Source: Candidatus Latescibacterota bacterium (GTDB lineage: Bacteria > Latescibacterota > UBA2968 > UBA8231). Taken from it: a stretch of 64,000 nucleotides of DNA. The position numbers were made by a program, and so were the translations under genes. Positions 28,834 through 39,069 of the stretch are shown in pieces. The DNA is taken from positions 2,496,001 to 2,560,000 of the forward strand of contig OZ252098.1 of NCBI GenBank assembly GCA_965248355.1. Reading direction: 5' to 3'. The stretch's first letter is position 1. Every line of letters begins with the position of its first letter. The notes below the pieces were generated by a model. That model worked only from the letters and a program-made list of their open reading frames with translations, searched no databases and was not told the DNA's origin.

Positions 28834-29619
28834 ATCCAACCGAACAAGCTTCGCCAGCTCCTCAACGACGGGAAGCCGACCCTCGGCACCCACGTGCACA
28901 CCACCTGGCCCAACGTCGTCGAGATCCTGGGCCACACCGGCCTCTACGACTACGTGGAGTTCGTCGCCGAGTACGGCCCCTACGACCTCTACGCCTTCGA
29001 CGACATCTGCCGCGCCGCCGAGCTTCACGACCTGGGCACGATGATCAAGGTCGAGCAGGAGCCGCGCTCCTGGATCGCCCAGCGCGCCATCGGCTCGGGC
29101 TTCGAGTCCGTCCTGTTCTCCGACAGCCGCGGCGTCGAGGACGCCCGCGAGTGCCTGCGCATCTCCCGTCCCGACACCCCGGAGGACGGCGGCACCTACG
29201 GCGTCGCCTCGCGCCGGTTCGCCCACGCCGGCTACGGCGGCTCCATGGACTACGTGCAGACCCTGCGCGACATCGTCGTCGTGCTGATGATCGAGAAGCA
29301 GGGCGCCGTGGAGAGCCTGGAGCAGATCCTGGAGCTGCCCATCGACATGGTGCAGTGGGGTCCGTCGGACTACTCCATGAGTGTCGGCAAGGCCGGCCAG
29401 GGCGGCTCGCCGGAGATCAAGGCGGTGGAGAGACGGGTCATCGAGGCCTGCCTGGCCGCGGGCGTGCACCCGCGCGCCGAGATCGGCAGCGCCGACGGCG
29501 CCAAGTACTACCTCGACCTGGGGGTCCGCCACTTCTGCATCGGCACCGACGTCTCCATCCTCTTCGAGTGGTGGAAGACCAACGGCGACGCCCTGCGCAA
29601 GGCTGTGGACGGTGCCTGA
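28834..29619 (+). CDS. HpcH/HpaI aldolase family; probable ATC start
   Basis: NKLRQLL...YVEFVAEY...LMIEK...QWGPSDYSMS; AGGAGG-5 nt-ATC. Confidence 0.85.
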   Translation: MQPNKLRQLLNDGKPTLGTHVHTTWPNVVEILGHTGLYDYVEFVAEYGPYDLYAFDDICRAAELHDLGTMIKVEQEPRSWIAQRAIGSGFESVLFSDSRGVEDARECLRISRPDTPEDGGTYGVASRRFAHAGYGGSMDYVQTLRDIVVVLMIEKQGAVESLEQILELPIDMVQWGPSDYSMSVGKAGQGGSPEIKAVERRVIEACLAAGVHPRAEIGSADGAKYYLDLGVRHFCIGTDVSILFEWWKTNGDALRKAVDGA

Positions 29620-29655
29620 GGGCGCCGCAATCGGAGGCCGGAGCCGCGGCTCCCC

Positions 29656-30600
29656 ATGACCCTGGCCCCGGCCCGCCTGGATCCCCGCAAGTTCCGGGAC
29701 CCCGACGTCACCGCCGCCGGCGAGTCGCGGGCCCAGGTGGCGTTGACCCGCCTCGAGACCCTCTGGTTCAACACCGGCACCCTCTGCAACCTGACCTGCG
29801 CCAACTGCTACATCGAGTCGAGTCCGCGCAACGACCGCCTGGCCTACCTCACGGCGGCGGAGGTGGCCGCCTACCTCGACGAGATCGCGCGCGAGGGGAT
29901 GGGCACGCGCGAGATCGGCTTCACCGGCGGCGAGCCTTTCATGAACCCCGACATCCTCGACATGCTCGGAGAGGTCCTGGGCCGGGGCTTCGAGTGCCTG
30001 GTGCTGACCAACGCCATGCGGCCCATGATGAAACACGCCGAGGAGCTGCTGCGGCTGCGGGACGCCCACGGCGACCGGCTGGCGATGCGCGTCTCCATCG
30101 ACCACTACGAGCCGGCCCTGCACGAGGAGGAACGGGGGCCGCACTCCTGGGCGCCCATGATCGAGGGCCTGCGCTGGCTCTCGGATTCCGGATTCCGCGT
30201 GACGGCCGCGGGCCGCACCCTCTGGGGCGGCGGGGAGAGCGAGCTGCGCGCCGGCTTCGCCCGGCTCTTCGCCGATCTCAGCGTCCGCATCGACGCCGCC
30301 GACCCCGGGCAGTTCGTGCTCTTCCCCGAGATGGACGCCGCCGTCGACGTGCCCGAGATCACCACCGGCTGCTGGGAGATCCTCGGCCAGTCGCCCGGCG
30401 ACATCATGTGCGCCTCGTCGCGCATGGTGGTCAAGCGCAAGGGCGCGGACGCGCCCGTCGTGCTCTCCTGCACCCTCCTGCCCTATGACGAGGCCTTCGA
30501 GATGGGCGCGACCCTGGCCGAGGCCTGGGGCCCGGTGAAGCTCAACCATCCCCACTGCGCCAAGTTCTGCGTCCTCGGCGGAGCCCGCTGCTCGGCCTGA
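29656..30600 (+). CDS. radical SAM protein
   Basis: CNLTCANC, FTGGEPF, extra C-terminal Cys residues. Confidence 0.9.
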   Translation: MTLAPARLDPRKFRDPDVTAAGESRAQVALTRLETLWFNTGTLCNLTCANCYIESSPRNDRLAYLTAAEVAAYLDEIAREGMGTREIGFTGGEPFMNPDILDMLGEVLGRGFECLVLTNAMRPMMKHAEELLRLRDAHGDRLAMRVSIDHYEPALHEEERGPHSWAPMIEGLRWLSDSGFRVTAAGRTLWGGGESELRAGFARLFADLSVRIDAADPGQFVLFPEMDAAVDVPEITTGCWEILGQSPGDIMCASSRMVVKRKGADAPVVLSCTLLPYDEAFEMGATLAEAWGPVKLNHPHCAKFCVLGGARCSA

Positions 30601-30628
30601 CCTCCGGGACCCTTCCGGTCCGCCGGGG

Positions 30629-31294
30629 CTAGTCCAGCAGCTCGATCCGTCCCGCGGCGCTCTGCCGCTGCACGCACAGCAGCAGGTCGCCGCGTTCCAC
30701 ACGGATCTCGACGGGGTTGGCCGCGACCTCGTTGGAGATGCCGTCGCGGCGGCCCGGGACGAGACTCTCCCCCCGCAGGGGCCACCTCAGGCCCTCGGTC
30801 TCGATGCCGTCGGCGGCGCCGTCGAGGGGACACAGGGACAGCTTCTGCCCCAGGTCGGCGCGGAAGCGCACCCGGCCGCGGATCAGGCGGATCTCGCAGT
30901 AGTCGTCGAGCAGGCGCAGCTCGAGCCGATCCCCGAAGCTCTTCAGCAGACCCAGGTTCCACAGGGTGTGGTCGGTGCGCCGCCCGGTGAAGCCCAGCAG
31001 CACCGCCCGCTCCACCCCCAACTGCAGGGCCAGCCGCAGGACCTTCTGCAGGTCGGTGCCGGTGTCGTCGGCGTCGACGCGGACGAGGCGGTCCTCGCCG
31101 ACGGCGGCCATCCCCGGGCCGCTGACCGAGTCGAGGTCGCCGGCGATGTAGTCGGGGGCGCGCCCGAGGCGCCGGGCGGTGTCGGCCCCGCCGTCGGCGC
31201 ACAGGACCAGGTCGGCCTCCCGGGCGCAGGCGGCGAACAGCTCCCGGGAGGGCGGCTCGCCGTTGCCGACGATCAGGGCCGACCGGCCGGCCAC
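30629..31294 (-). CDS. thiN: thiamine diphosphokinase
   Basis: CADGGA, GDLDS, TDLQK, GRRTDH, GLRWPL, GISN. Confidence 0.92.
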   Translation of the reverse strand: MAGRSALIVGNGEPPSRELFAACAREADLVLCADGGADTARRLGRAPDYIAGDLDSVSGPGMAAVGEDRLVRVDADDTGTDLQKVLRLALQLGVERAVLLGFTGRRTDHTLWNLGLLKSFGDRLELRLLDDYCEIRLIRGRVRFRADLGQKLSLCPLDGAADGIETEGLRWPLRGESLVPGRRDGISNEVAANPVEIRVERGDLLLCVQRQSAAGRIELLD

Positions 31295-31298
31295 GGCT

Positions 31299-33671
31299 TC
31301 ACTCTCCCGCCGGCAGGCGGGCCGTCAGCCGCACGCCCGCCTGGCGCGGGTCCCCGTAGCTCTTGTAGAGCTTGTCGGCGTAGTCGGGAGGCTCCAGGCC
31401 GAAGAAGAAGCCGCGCACCGCGTAGCGCTCGTCCAGCAGGTTGCGGCCCCAGAGCTGCACGGACCAGATCCCCCGGTGCCAGGAAATGTGGCCGTCCATC
31501 AGCCGGTAGGGCTCCGATTCCTGGTCGTGGCTCTCGGAGAAGTAGAACCGGTCGGCGCCGCTCAGCGCCAGCCGCGCCCCCAGGCCGGAGCCGTGACGGT
31601 ACTCGCCGCCCAGGCTGAAGGTGTAGCGTGGGGCGTGAGCGGCGGCGCGGTCGCCCAGGGTCACCTCCTCGCCGTCGCCGGTGGGGAAGGTGTAGGTGTC
31701 GACGTAGGTGTCCAGCAGGCCGAGGGAGCCGGTGAGGCGCAGGCCCGGCGAGACCCGCAGGCTCTGCTCCCACTCCAGGCCGCTGCTGCGCCCGGCCACG
31801 GCGTTGGCGGTGAAGTAGAAGAAACTGTTGGGATCGCCCGGATCCTGCTGGCTCGACAGCTCCACCTGCTGGTCGGAGCGAAGGGCGTGGAACAGGGTGA
31901 GGGCCGTGGTCGCCCGCGGCCCCGAGGCGCGGTACCCCACCTCGAGGTTGAGCACGTACTCGGGATCGAAGAGGCGGCTCGAGGCGGCCAGACGCGGATG
32001 CTGATTGATCCCCCCGGAGCGGTACCCCCGGGATACGGCGGCGTAGAGGTTGCGGTCCGGCGCCGGGCGCCAGGCCAGGGCCAGCTTGCCGCCGGGCAGC
32101 CACTGGGTGACGTCGAGCTCCACCTGTTCGGCGGCGGCGTTGGTGACACCCTCGTACGACGTGGCGTTGCGGTCGACGCGGGCGTTGAGGGTCAGCTGCC
32201 AGCGGCGGGACAGCTCCCGGCCGTACTGGCCGTAGAAGGCGAGATCGTCGATCTCGAACCGGCTCTGCAGGTCAGAGGCCTCGCCGCCGAAGAGGTAGCC
32301 GGCGGCATCGTCCTCTTCCGTCAATGATTTCAGGTAGGCGCCGGCCACCAGGCCGCCCCTTCCACCGGCGTCCTCCTTCCTCAGCCTGACCTCCTGGGTG
32401 AAGGTGGTGCGGTCGCGGAGGTTGCGGTCGAAGAAGTCGTAGCTCCAGCCCTGCTCCTCGGGATCGAAGCCGTACGGTTCCCGCTTCCAGAACTCGTCGT
32501 TGCCCCAGTCGCCGTCGTAGCTGTGCTGCAGCTCGGTGCGCGCGAAGGCGGTGATCGAAACCAGCTCGACCCCCACAGGCGGCAAGGGCACCCCGGCCCG
32601 CAGGGAGAGGGCGTCGGTCGTCTGGCTGTCCTTGCCCCGGCTGTCGGAGTAGGTCACCAGGTCCTCGTTGTTGTCCGGCGCCCAGGCGTCGTAGCCGTTG
32701 TCGAGGTGGGCGCGGAAGACCGTGCCCACCAGGCGCAGACCGGCGTCGTTCTCGTAGCGCACCTTCGCCCGCGCCAGGCTCTCCCTGCGGCCATTGGAGT
32801 CGTCGATGCCGAGGTGCCGGTTCTCCCGGAAGCCGTTCGACCGCCCGGAGCTGTACCCGACCCGCGCCGCCCACCGGTCGCCCGCCGGCAGATTCAGGGT
32901 GCCGGCGTAGCGCAGCAGGCCGTCGCCGCCGGCCGACAGGGCCGCCTCCCGGGACGCGGTCCCGGCGGGATCGGCCGATCTCAGGTTGATGAGGCCGGCC
33001 ATGGCGTTCGGCCCGAAGAGGGTCGACTGGGGGCCCTTGAAGACCTCGGCCTGGTCGAGGTCGTGCAGCAGTCCCGCCATGCCGAGGCCGCTCAGGTCGA
33101 CGTCGTCCATGACGAACCCCACGGAGAAGCTGGGCGGCCCCTCACCGGCGTAATGGCTGCGCTCGCCGATGCCCCGGATCTGGAAGTAGCGCGGTCTCGA
33201 GGTGCCGCCGGCCCAGTTGAGATTGGCGATGGCCGGGATCAACTCGTGCAGATGATCGCTGCCGGAACCGGCCAGGCGGCCCCGGTCGAGGACGGTCACC
33301 GAGGAGGCCACTTCGGCCAGGACCTGCTCGATCAGTCCGCCGGTGACCACCGTCTCGGGCCCGGGCAGGGCCACCGGAACGAGCCGCACCGTGAGGACCT
33401 GCACCGTTCCCGGCCCGGCGCGCAGGACCACCGGCTCGTACCCGATATGGCTGACAATGGCCGAGTCACCCGCGGCCAGGGACAACTCGAAGCGGCCCCG
33501 GGCGTCGGTGGTGACCAGGAGGTCTCCACGGGTCAGGTTGGCGCCCGCTACAGGCCTGCCGGTGGTCGCGTCGACGAGGGTGCCGCGGACGGTCTCCGCC
33601 GAGGCGACCGAGGCGGCGGCGAGAAGGACGATCAACGCCGTAGCGGCGCGGAGGGGAATCGCGTTGCGCAT
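31299..33671 (-). CDS. TonB-dependent receptor, probably for thiamine
   Basis: Signal peptide, plug RPRYFQIRGIGE...GPQSTLFG, beta-barrel; lies under a TPP riboswitch. Confidence 0.9.
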   Translation of the reverse strand: MRNAIPLRAATALIVLLAAASVASAETVRGTLVDATTGRPVAGANLTRGDLLVTTDARGRFELSLAAGDSAIVSHIGYEPVVLRAGPGTVQVLTVRLVPVALPGPETVVTGGLIEQVLAEVASSVTVLDRGRLAGSGSDHLHELIPAIANLNWAGGTSRPRYFQIRGIGERSHYAGEGPPSFSVGFVMDDVDLSGLGMAGLLHDLDQAEVFKGPQSTLFGPNAMAGLINLRSADPAGTASREAALSAGGDGLLRYAGTLNLPAGDRWAARVGYSSGRSNGFRENRHLGIDDSNGRRESLARAKVRYENDAGLRLVGTVFRAHLDNGYDAWAPDNNEDLVTYSDSRGKDSQTTDALSLRAGVPLPPVGVELVSITAFARTELQHSYDGDWGNDEFWKREPYGFDPEEQGWSYDFFDRNLRDRTTFTQEVRLRKEDAGGRGGLVAGAYLKSLTEEDDAAGYLFGGEASDLQSRFEIDDLAFYGQYGRELSRRWQLTLNARVDRNATSYEGVTNAAAEQVELDVTQWLPGGKLALAWRPAPDRNLYAAVSRGYRSGGINQHPRLAASSRLFDPEYVLNLEVGYRASGPRATTALTLFHALRSDQQVELSSQQDPGDPNSFFYFTANAVAGRSSGLEWEQSLRVSPGLRLTGSLGLLDTYVDTYTFPTGDGEEVTLGDRAAAHAPRYTFSLGGEYRHGSGLGARLALSGADRFYFSESHDQESEPYRLMDGHISWHRGIWSVQLWGRNLLDERYAVRGFFFGLEPPDYADKLYKSYGDPRQAGVRLTARLPAGE

Positions 33672-33722
33672 GAGAAAGGCCGCTTTCTCCAGGTACGGGA
33701 AAACGGCCAGTCCAGCGCTCGT

Positions 33723-33804
33723 CCGTTTCCCTGCGCTGGAATGATCCAGGTCAGGTTCGAAGGGTTTCTGATCTCAGGCCGGAGCACCGGCCACCCCCAA
33801 CGGA
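33723..33804 (-). ncRNA. TPP riboswitch
   Basis: Minus strand CCGTTGGGGGT...CTGAGA...ACCCTTCGAACCTGACCTGGATCATTCCAGCGCAGGGAAACGG matches the THI-box consensus. Confidence 0.93.
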
Positions 33805-33965
33805 TGTCGTCGATCCAAGGTAAGCGGGCGGTGGGGAGGAGGCAATGGGCTCCCGCGCCCTCTCCGCCTCCGATTGGTGCGCCTGGGGTAGATGCCTAGT
33901 TTACCTCGGCTCATGTCTCCGGCCCGCGAACATACCCCCCGCTCCGGCCCGCCCTGGCTGACCTT

Positions 33966-34286
33966 GTGACCTCCTGGCGCGCCCCGGCCGTGATGCTGCT
34001 GTGCGTCGCCGGCCTCTACGCCTTGGTCCGGCCGTGGTTGGTCGAGAGCCTCGGCCCGGCCACCAGCCTGGCCTTGGTCGTCGCCGCCGGCCTGCTGGGC
34101 GGCATCGGCGCCGCCGGGTGGCAGGCCCACCGCCGGCGCTACTCCTGTCCCGGCTGCGGGCACCTCTTCAGCGCCTCGACCGTGCGCCATCTGCTGAGCC
34201 AGGACTGGTTCGGAGGGTTGCGCTGCCGCTGTCCGTCCTGCGGGCAGGTCGAGGGGTGCCAGCCGGTGGGGACCAGCGCGGGCTGA
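33966..34286 (+). CDS. 2-TM protein with C-terminal zinc ribbon
   Basis: TM segments followed by YSCPGCGHLF and CPSCG. Confidence 0.65.
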   Translation: MTSWRAPAVMLLCVAGLYALVRPWLVESLGPATSLALVVAAGLLGGIGAAGWQAHRRRYSCPGCGHLFSASTVRHLLSQDWFGGLRCRCPSCGQVEGCQPVGTSAG

Positions 34287-34290
34287 CGGT

Positions 34291-37200
34291 TCAGGTTCCG
34301 CTCAGCCTCTCCAGGGCGGCCGCCACCTCCCGCCGGCGGCGCTCGATCGGCGCCGGGTCCTTCGTGAACCGGGTCATGGAGACGCTGATCTCCGGCGGCA
34401 CCTCCAGCAGCGCTTCGAACCGGCGGCGCTCTTCCCCGGTCAGCTCCGGCCCGGAGCGCAGGGCCCGCCTCAACATGGCCAGGTACTCGTAGTCCTCGAT
34501 GCCGTCGCGCAGCATCTCCCAGCGGATGCTCTCCACCGGGCCGGCCCGCACCGGCGATTCTCCGAGGGCTCCCGGCGGCGGGTAGAGGAAGCGGCCGTCG
34601 CCGTTGCCCCACGGGCGCCGCGCCCCCTCGGCCCCGACGCGCAGGGACATCCAGCTCATGGGGTCCTCGTACGGGTCCTGGAGCCCGCCGGGATAGGCGG
34701 CCTCGCTCGTCCAGTAGTTGGTGGCCCACACCAGGATCCCGTCGACGCCGGCCTGCCAGGTCTGCCACAGCCACACCCGGAGGTCGATCCCGGAGCGGTC
34801 GATGAACAGGCCGGGATAGGGGGCCTTGGGCACCGTGCACAGATACCACCAGAACCGCTCTCCCGCCTCCCGGCGCGGAGCGGCGGCCCCGGCGTCGAAG
34901 CGGCTCGCCAGCGGGCACCACAGGTCGGGGCCGCCCACCAGCTCCGGCTCGACCTGCTCGGTCAGCATGCGCCGCAGGCCGGGAGCGGCGGACGCCAGCC
35001 GGCGGAAGCCGTCCATCACGAAGGGGTAGTCCTTCGGCGCCGGCTCGTCGAACCAGTAGACGAAGGCCTCGTCCAGCCAGCCCTGGCGCCGCAGGTGGCG
35101 CTCCACGGCGGCGGCGTACCCGCGGAACAGGGCCTGGTACTGCGGCGTATCCGCCCCGTATCCCCGCAGCGCCGGCACCCGCCGCCGGTGATGGCTGCCG
35201 CCCCCCATGCCGGGCAGGCGCAGGCGGAAGGTGTTGAAGCCGTACTCCTCGATGGCCCGCGCCATGGCCGCGTCCCAGGCCGTGAAGTCGATGGCGGGCT
35301 CGATGACCTCTCCCTCCGCGACGACCCGGTCGGTCAGGTCCGGCCAGGTGATCTCGGGCGGATCCAGGGGCGCCGGATCGTAGGGGGAGAGATGATGGCG
35401 CGCGAAGCTCTCGAGATAGAGATCGAGCAGCTGCCGGCGGCCGGCCTCGTCGTCGACGCCGTGATAGCGCCAGAGGTTGCCGGCGGAGAACCCGAAGGCG
35501 GTCTCGCAGGTCATGCGGCCGGGCAGGTCGAAGCCGGAGACCTCGACGCGCAGCGGCACCCGGGCCTCGAAGCCCTCGGCCGTCAGCACCAGCGCTCCCT
35601 CGTAGGTCCCGCCGGGGGTCGCGGGCGGCACCGAGACGCGGATCCAGAAGGGCTGGTTGCGCCTCGCCGGCAGATCGAGGGCCGAGTCGACGGGGAGCAG
35701 GGGATCGGACCACGGCGCCGCTTCGCCGGCCATGTCCGTGGGCCGCCGCACCTCGACGTAGCCCACGCGCAGCACCTCGACCCGTTCCGCCGGGAGGCCC
35801 GCTCCTCCCGGGCCGGTGAGGCCGGTGGGCCGCAGGCGCAGCCCGCGCAGGGGGCGGTCCGGGCGCAGGACGAGCTGCGCCGCCTCGGTCTCGTTGCCGG
35901 CCGCCGCGATCACGAGAGCTTCCCCGCGCCGCGCCGGAGGAGCCCTCGTGCGCGACACCTTCCACCCGGAGGAGGCCCACCACACCGCCGGGTCCGCGCC
36001 CTCCGCGCTCAACAGCTCGCCGTACTCGTCGGCGTGCAGCACCGACAGGGTCAAATCGGCCTCGGCCCGCCAGAGGCCGTCCGCCTCGACCTGGAGATGC
36101 AGGACGCGGTCGCCGGTCCCCGTGATGCGGTAGGGTACGGCGAGCCGGTTCTCCCCCGGTTGCAGGTCCACCGGGCTCCAGCCCCCCTCCGGCGGCTCCT
36201 CCCCGAGATCGGCGACCACGGCGCGGATCAGGCCCGGCTGCGCTGCCGGTGAGCCACTGTGGACGAGCAGGCGGAGGGTGTCGGCCAGACCCGGCCGCAG
36301 CAGGCCCGGGTCCTCCACCCGGCCGCGGAGGGAGCCGGCCGGTCCGCCCTCCGCCACCAGGAGGGTGGAGCCCGCCGTCTCCGGAGCGGGCCCGTCGAGA
36401 CGGGCCTCGTATCCGTAGTCGTCCACCTGGAAGGCGCCCTTCCCCTCATCGGCGGCGCGCAGGCGGACCCCAACGTCGGCGGCCGGCAACAGCGAGTCGG
36501 GCACGTCGAAGGAGGCGCTGGTGACCCGGGACACCTCCCCGAGAGTCGACCAGCCGTCCCCGGTGGAGACCTCGACGAGCAGGCGGCCCCCGGTGTGGTG
36601 GTTGACGTTGACGCGGATCCGGGCCGCCAGCTGCCGGAAGCCGCCCACCTGGTGCCGGAAGGCGACGCGCTGACCGGGGCCGAAAACCCAGCGGAAGGTG
36701 TTGAAGCCGGCGTCGTGGGCTTCCAGGGGCCGGCTGATGTTGGCCAGGGGCGTGTGCTGGGGGGAGTGGAAGACGTACCGTCCCGCCTCGATCCGCTCCC
36801 CCCGGCCGAGCCGCAGGCCCTCCCCGACCCGGCGGTGCACGGCCCGCACCCGGTGCAGCTCGACGTCGTCGAAGGCGACGGCGCCGCGCAGCCGCCAGTG
36901 GCCGAAGCGCAGCCAGCGGTCGGGGTTCGCGTCGGCGGGGGCGGCGAAGCTGGAGCTGAATCGCCGCCACTCGAAGCCGGGGTCGCCCAGGTCCCGGTAG
37001 GCGAAGGCGGCTCCCGCCATGGCGCGGCCTCCGACGTCACCTTCCAGGCGCCGGGACCGGAAGCGCAGGCGGTAGAGGCCGCCGGCCTCGAAGGCCACCG
37101 GATCGGAGCGCCACCAGGCCGACTGCGCGCCGCCACCGCGCACGGCGATGGCGGGATCGCCGTCGACCGGCCCCCACTCTCCCTCGCCCCGCAGGCTCCA

Positions 37201-37311
37201 GCCGGCCGGCAGCGAGTCCCCCCGGGCAAAGGTCGGGTTGGGCACGACCTCGGCCTGCGCGCCGGCCAGCCATCCCGCACAGAGGGCGAGGGCGATTCGG
37301 TGCGTTTGCAC
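34291..37311 (-). CDS. secreted GH123-like/DUF4091 glycoside hydrolase with N-terminal CBM-like domain
   Basis: Signal peptide; NETEAAQLVL, YWFDEP, WWYLC, GDGRFLYP, SIRWEMLRDGIEDYEYL. Confidence 0.85.
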   Translation of the reverse strand: MQTHRIALALCAGWLAGAQAEVVPNPTFARGDSLPAGWSLRGEGEWGPVDGDPAIAVRGGGAQSAWWRSDPVAFEAGGLYRLRFRSRRLEGDVGGRAMAGAAFAYRDLGDPGFEWRRFSSSFAAPADANPDRWLRFGHWRLRGAVAFDDVELHRVRAVHRRVGEGLRLGRGERIEAGRYVFHSPQHTPLANISRPLEAHDAGFNTFRWVFGPGQRVAFRHQVGGFRQLAARIRVNVNHHTGGRLLVEVSTGDGWSTLGEVSRVTSASFDVPDSLLPAADVGVRLRAADEGKGAFQVDDYGYEARLDGPAPETAGSTLLVAEGGPAGSLRGRVEDPGLLRPGLADTLRLLVHSGSPAAQPGLIRAVVADLGEEPPEGGWSPVDLQPGENRLAVPYRITGTGDRVLHLQVEADGLWRAEADLTLSVLHADEYGELLSAEGADPAVWWASSGWKVSRTRAPPARRGEALVIAAAGNETEAAQLVLRPDRPLRGLRLRPTGLTGPGGAGLPAERVEVLRVGYVEVRRPTDMAGEAAPWSDPLLPVDSALDLPARRNQPFWIRVSVPPATPGGTYEGALVLTAEGFEARVPLRVEVSGFDLPGRMTCETAFGFSAGNLWRYHGVDDEAGRRQLLDLYLESFARHHLSPYDPAPLDPPEITWPDLTDRVVAEGEVIEPAIDFTAWDAAMARAIEEYGFNTFRLRLPGMGGGSHHRRRVPALRGYGADTPQYQALFRGYAAAVERHLRRQGWLDEAFVYWFDEPAPKDYPFVMDGFRRLASAAPGLRRMLTEQVEPELVGGPDLWCPLASRFDAGAAAPRREAGERFWWYLCTVPKAPYPGLFIDRSGIDLRVWLWQTWQAGVDGILVWATNYWTSEAAYPGGLQDPYEDPMSWMSLRVGAEGARRPWGNGDGRFLYPPPGALGESPVRAGPVESIRWEMLRDGIEDYEYLAMLRRALRSGPELTGEERRRFEALLEVPPEISVSMTRFTKDPAPIERRRREVAAALERLSGT

Positions 37312-37369
37312 GGGAAGCGACTCCGGGGAACTCTTGCGAGGGCTGCGTCGCCGGGCGAATCTAACCGCC

Positions 37370-38488
37370 GTGAACCGCGTCGAGAAACTCCACATCGGCA
37401 TCGCCGGCGCCTGCGCCCGGGGACGGTCCTTCCTGTCCGCCCTCTCCGCCCGGGAGTCGGTGGCCTGCGTCGCCGCCGTTTGCGACACCGACGCCGAGGG
37501 CCTGCGGCCGGTCCGCGCCCTGAGCGGCGCCGAGCACGCCTTCACCCGCTTCGACGACCTGCTCTCCTGCGGCGGCCTTGACGCCGTCGTGGTGGCCACG
37601 CCCATGCACCTTCACGCCGGGCAGTCCGTCGCCGCCCTCGAGGCGGGGCTGCACGTGCTCAGCGAGGTCACGGCGGCCGTCGACCTCGAGCAGTGCCGGC
37701 GCCTGGTCCTGGCCGCCCAGCGCTCGCCCGGCCTCTACATGATGGCCGAGAACTGCAACTACACGGTGCCGAACCTGGTGGTGGCCGCCCTCGTCGACCA
37801 CGGCCTCTTCGGCACGACCTACTTCGCCGACGGGGAGTACCTTCACGAGTTGAAGGCCCGGAACGAGAGCACGCCCTGGCGGCGGCGCTGGCAGACCGGC
37901 GTCGACGGGATCACCTACGGCACCCACTGCCTCGGGCCGATCCTGCGGTGGCTGCCGGGGCGGATCACGGAGGTCTGCTGCGCCGGAAGCGGCCATCACC
38001 ATCGCGACCCACGGGGGGAGGCCTACCATCAGGACACCCACGTCATGCTCGGCCGGATCTCCGGCGGGGGGCTGGTCAAGGTGCGCGTCGACATGCTCTC
38101 CGACCGCCCCAGCGTGACCACCACCTACCAGCTCCAGGGGACGGACGGCTGCTACGAGTCGGCCCGCGCCCCGGGGGAGCGGCACCGCCTGTGGCTGCGG
38201 GAGCGCTCGCCGGACGAGGGCGCCTGGCTCGACCTGGAGGACCTGGTGGACGAGTTCCTGCCGGCGCGCTGGCGCGGCACCCTCGATGACAGGCACGGCC
38301 ACGGCGGCAGCGACGCCCGCGTGCTCTGCGCCTTCGTCGACGCCGTGCGCGGCGAGGCTCCGGCCGGGCCGGGCGTGCACGAGGCCATGGACCAGACCCT
38401 GCCCGGCCTGGTCAGCCAGGCGTCCATGGGCGCCGGCGGCGCCTGGCAGCCGGTGCCCGACAGCCGCGGCTGGACGGGACCGTCATGA
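37370..38488 (+). CDS. Gfo/Idh/MocA oxidoreductase
   Basis: VVATPMHLHA, HVLSEV, MAENCNY, GEYLHE, HGHGGSD. Confidence 0.9.
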   Translation: MNRVEKLHIGIAGACARGRSFLSALSARESVACVAAVCDTDAEGLRPVRALSGAEHAFTRFDDLLSCGGLDAVVVATPMHLHAGQSVAALEAGLHVLSEVTAAVDLEQCRRLVLAAQRSPGLYMMAENCNYTVPNLVVAALVDHGLFGTTYFADGEYLHELKARNESTPWRRRWQTGVDGITYGTHCLGPILRWLPGRITEVCCAGSGHHHRDPRGEAYHQDTHVMLGRISGGGLVKVRVDMLSDRPSVTTTYQLQGTDGCYESARAPGERHRLWLRERSPDEGAWLDLEDLVDEFLPARWRGTLDDRHGHGGSDARVLCAFVDAVRGEAPAGPGVHEAMDQTLPGLVSQASMGAGGAWQPVPDSRGWTGPS

Positions 38489-39063
38489 GCCGCGTCCCCC
38501 AGCTGCTGATGCGCCGGCCCCATCTGCGGGACGTGCCGGCCGTGGTCCTGCCCGAGGGATATGAGCTGCGGCCCTTCCGGGCCGGGGACGAGACCGGCTG
38601 GAACGCGTTGATGGACCTGGCCTTCGAGCGCCGGCCCGGGCAGTCCGACTTCACCCGGGAGATGGCCGCCGACGACGCCTACCGGCCGGAGCGGGTGAAG
38701 CTCATCCTCGACCGGACGGAAAGCATCGTGGCCACCGCCTCCTGCTGGCTCCTGCCCCGCTTCGGCGACGAGGCGGCCATGCTGCACTGGGTGGCCCGCC
38801 ATCCCGGTCACGGCGGCCGGCGCCTCGGCAGCGTGGTATCGCTGGCGGTCCTGCACCAGGCCATCGCCGAGGGCCTCCTCCGGGCCTTCCTGCTCACCGA
38901 CGACTTCCGAGTGCCGGCCCTCCGGATCTACCTGCGCATGGGGTTCGACCCCGTGATCACCCACGGGAGCCACCCCGGGCGCTGGCGCCGGATCCTGGAG
39001 GAGCTGGACTGGCCCGAGCGCTTCGAGCCGATCCTGCGAGGTCCGCGGGAAGACCACGGATAG
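38485..39063 (+). CDS. GNAT acetyltransferase
   Basis: WVARHPGHGGRRLG, ALRIYLRMGF. Confidence 0.85.
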   Translation: MSRVPQLLMRRPHLRDVPAVVLPEGYELRPFRAGDETGWNALMDLAFERRPGQSDFTREMAADDAYRPERVKLILDRTESIVATASCWLLPRFGDEAAMLHWVARHPGHGGRRLGSVVSLAVLHQAIAEGLLRAFLLTDDFRVPALRIYLRMGFDPVITHGSHPGRWRRILEELDWPERFEPILRGPREDHG

Positions 39064-39069
39064 GGGCGG

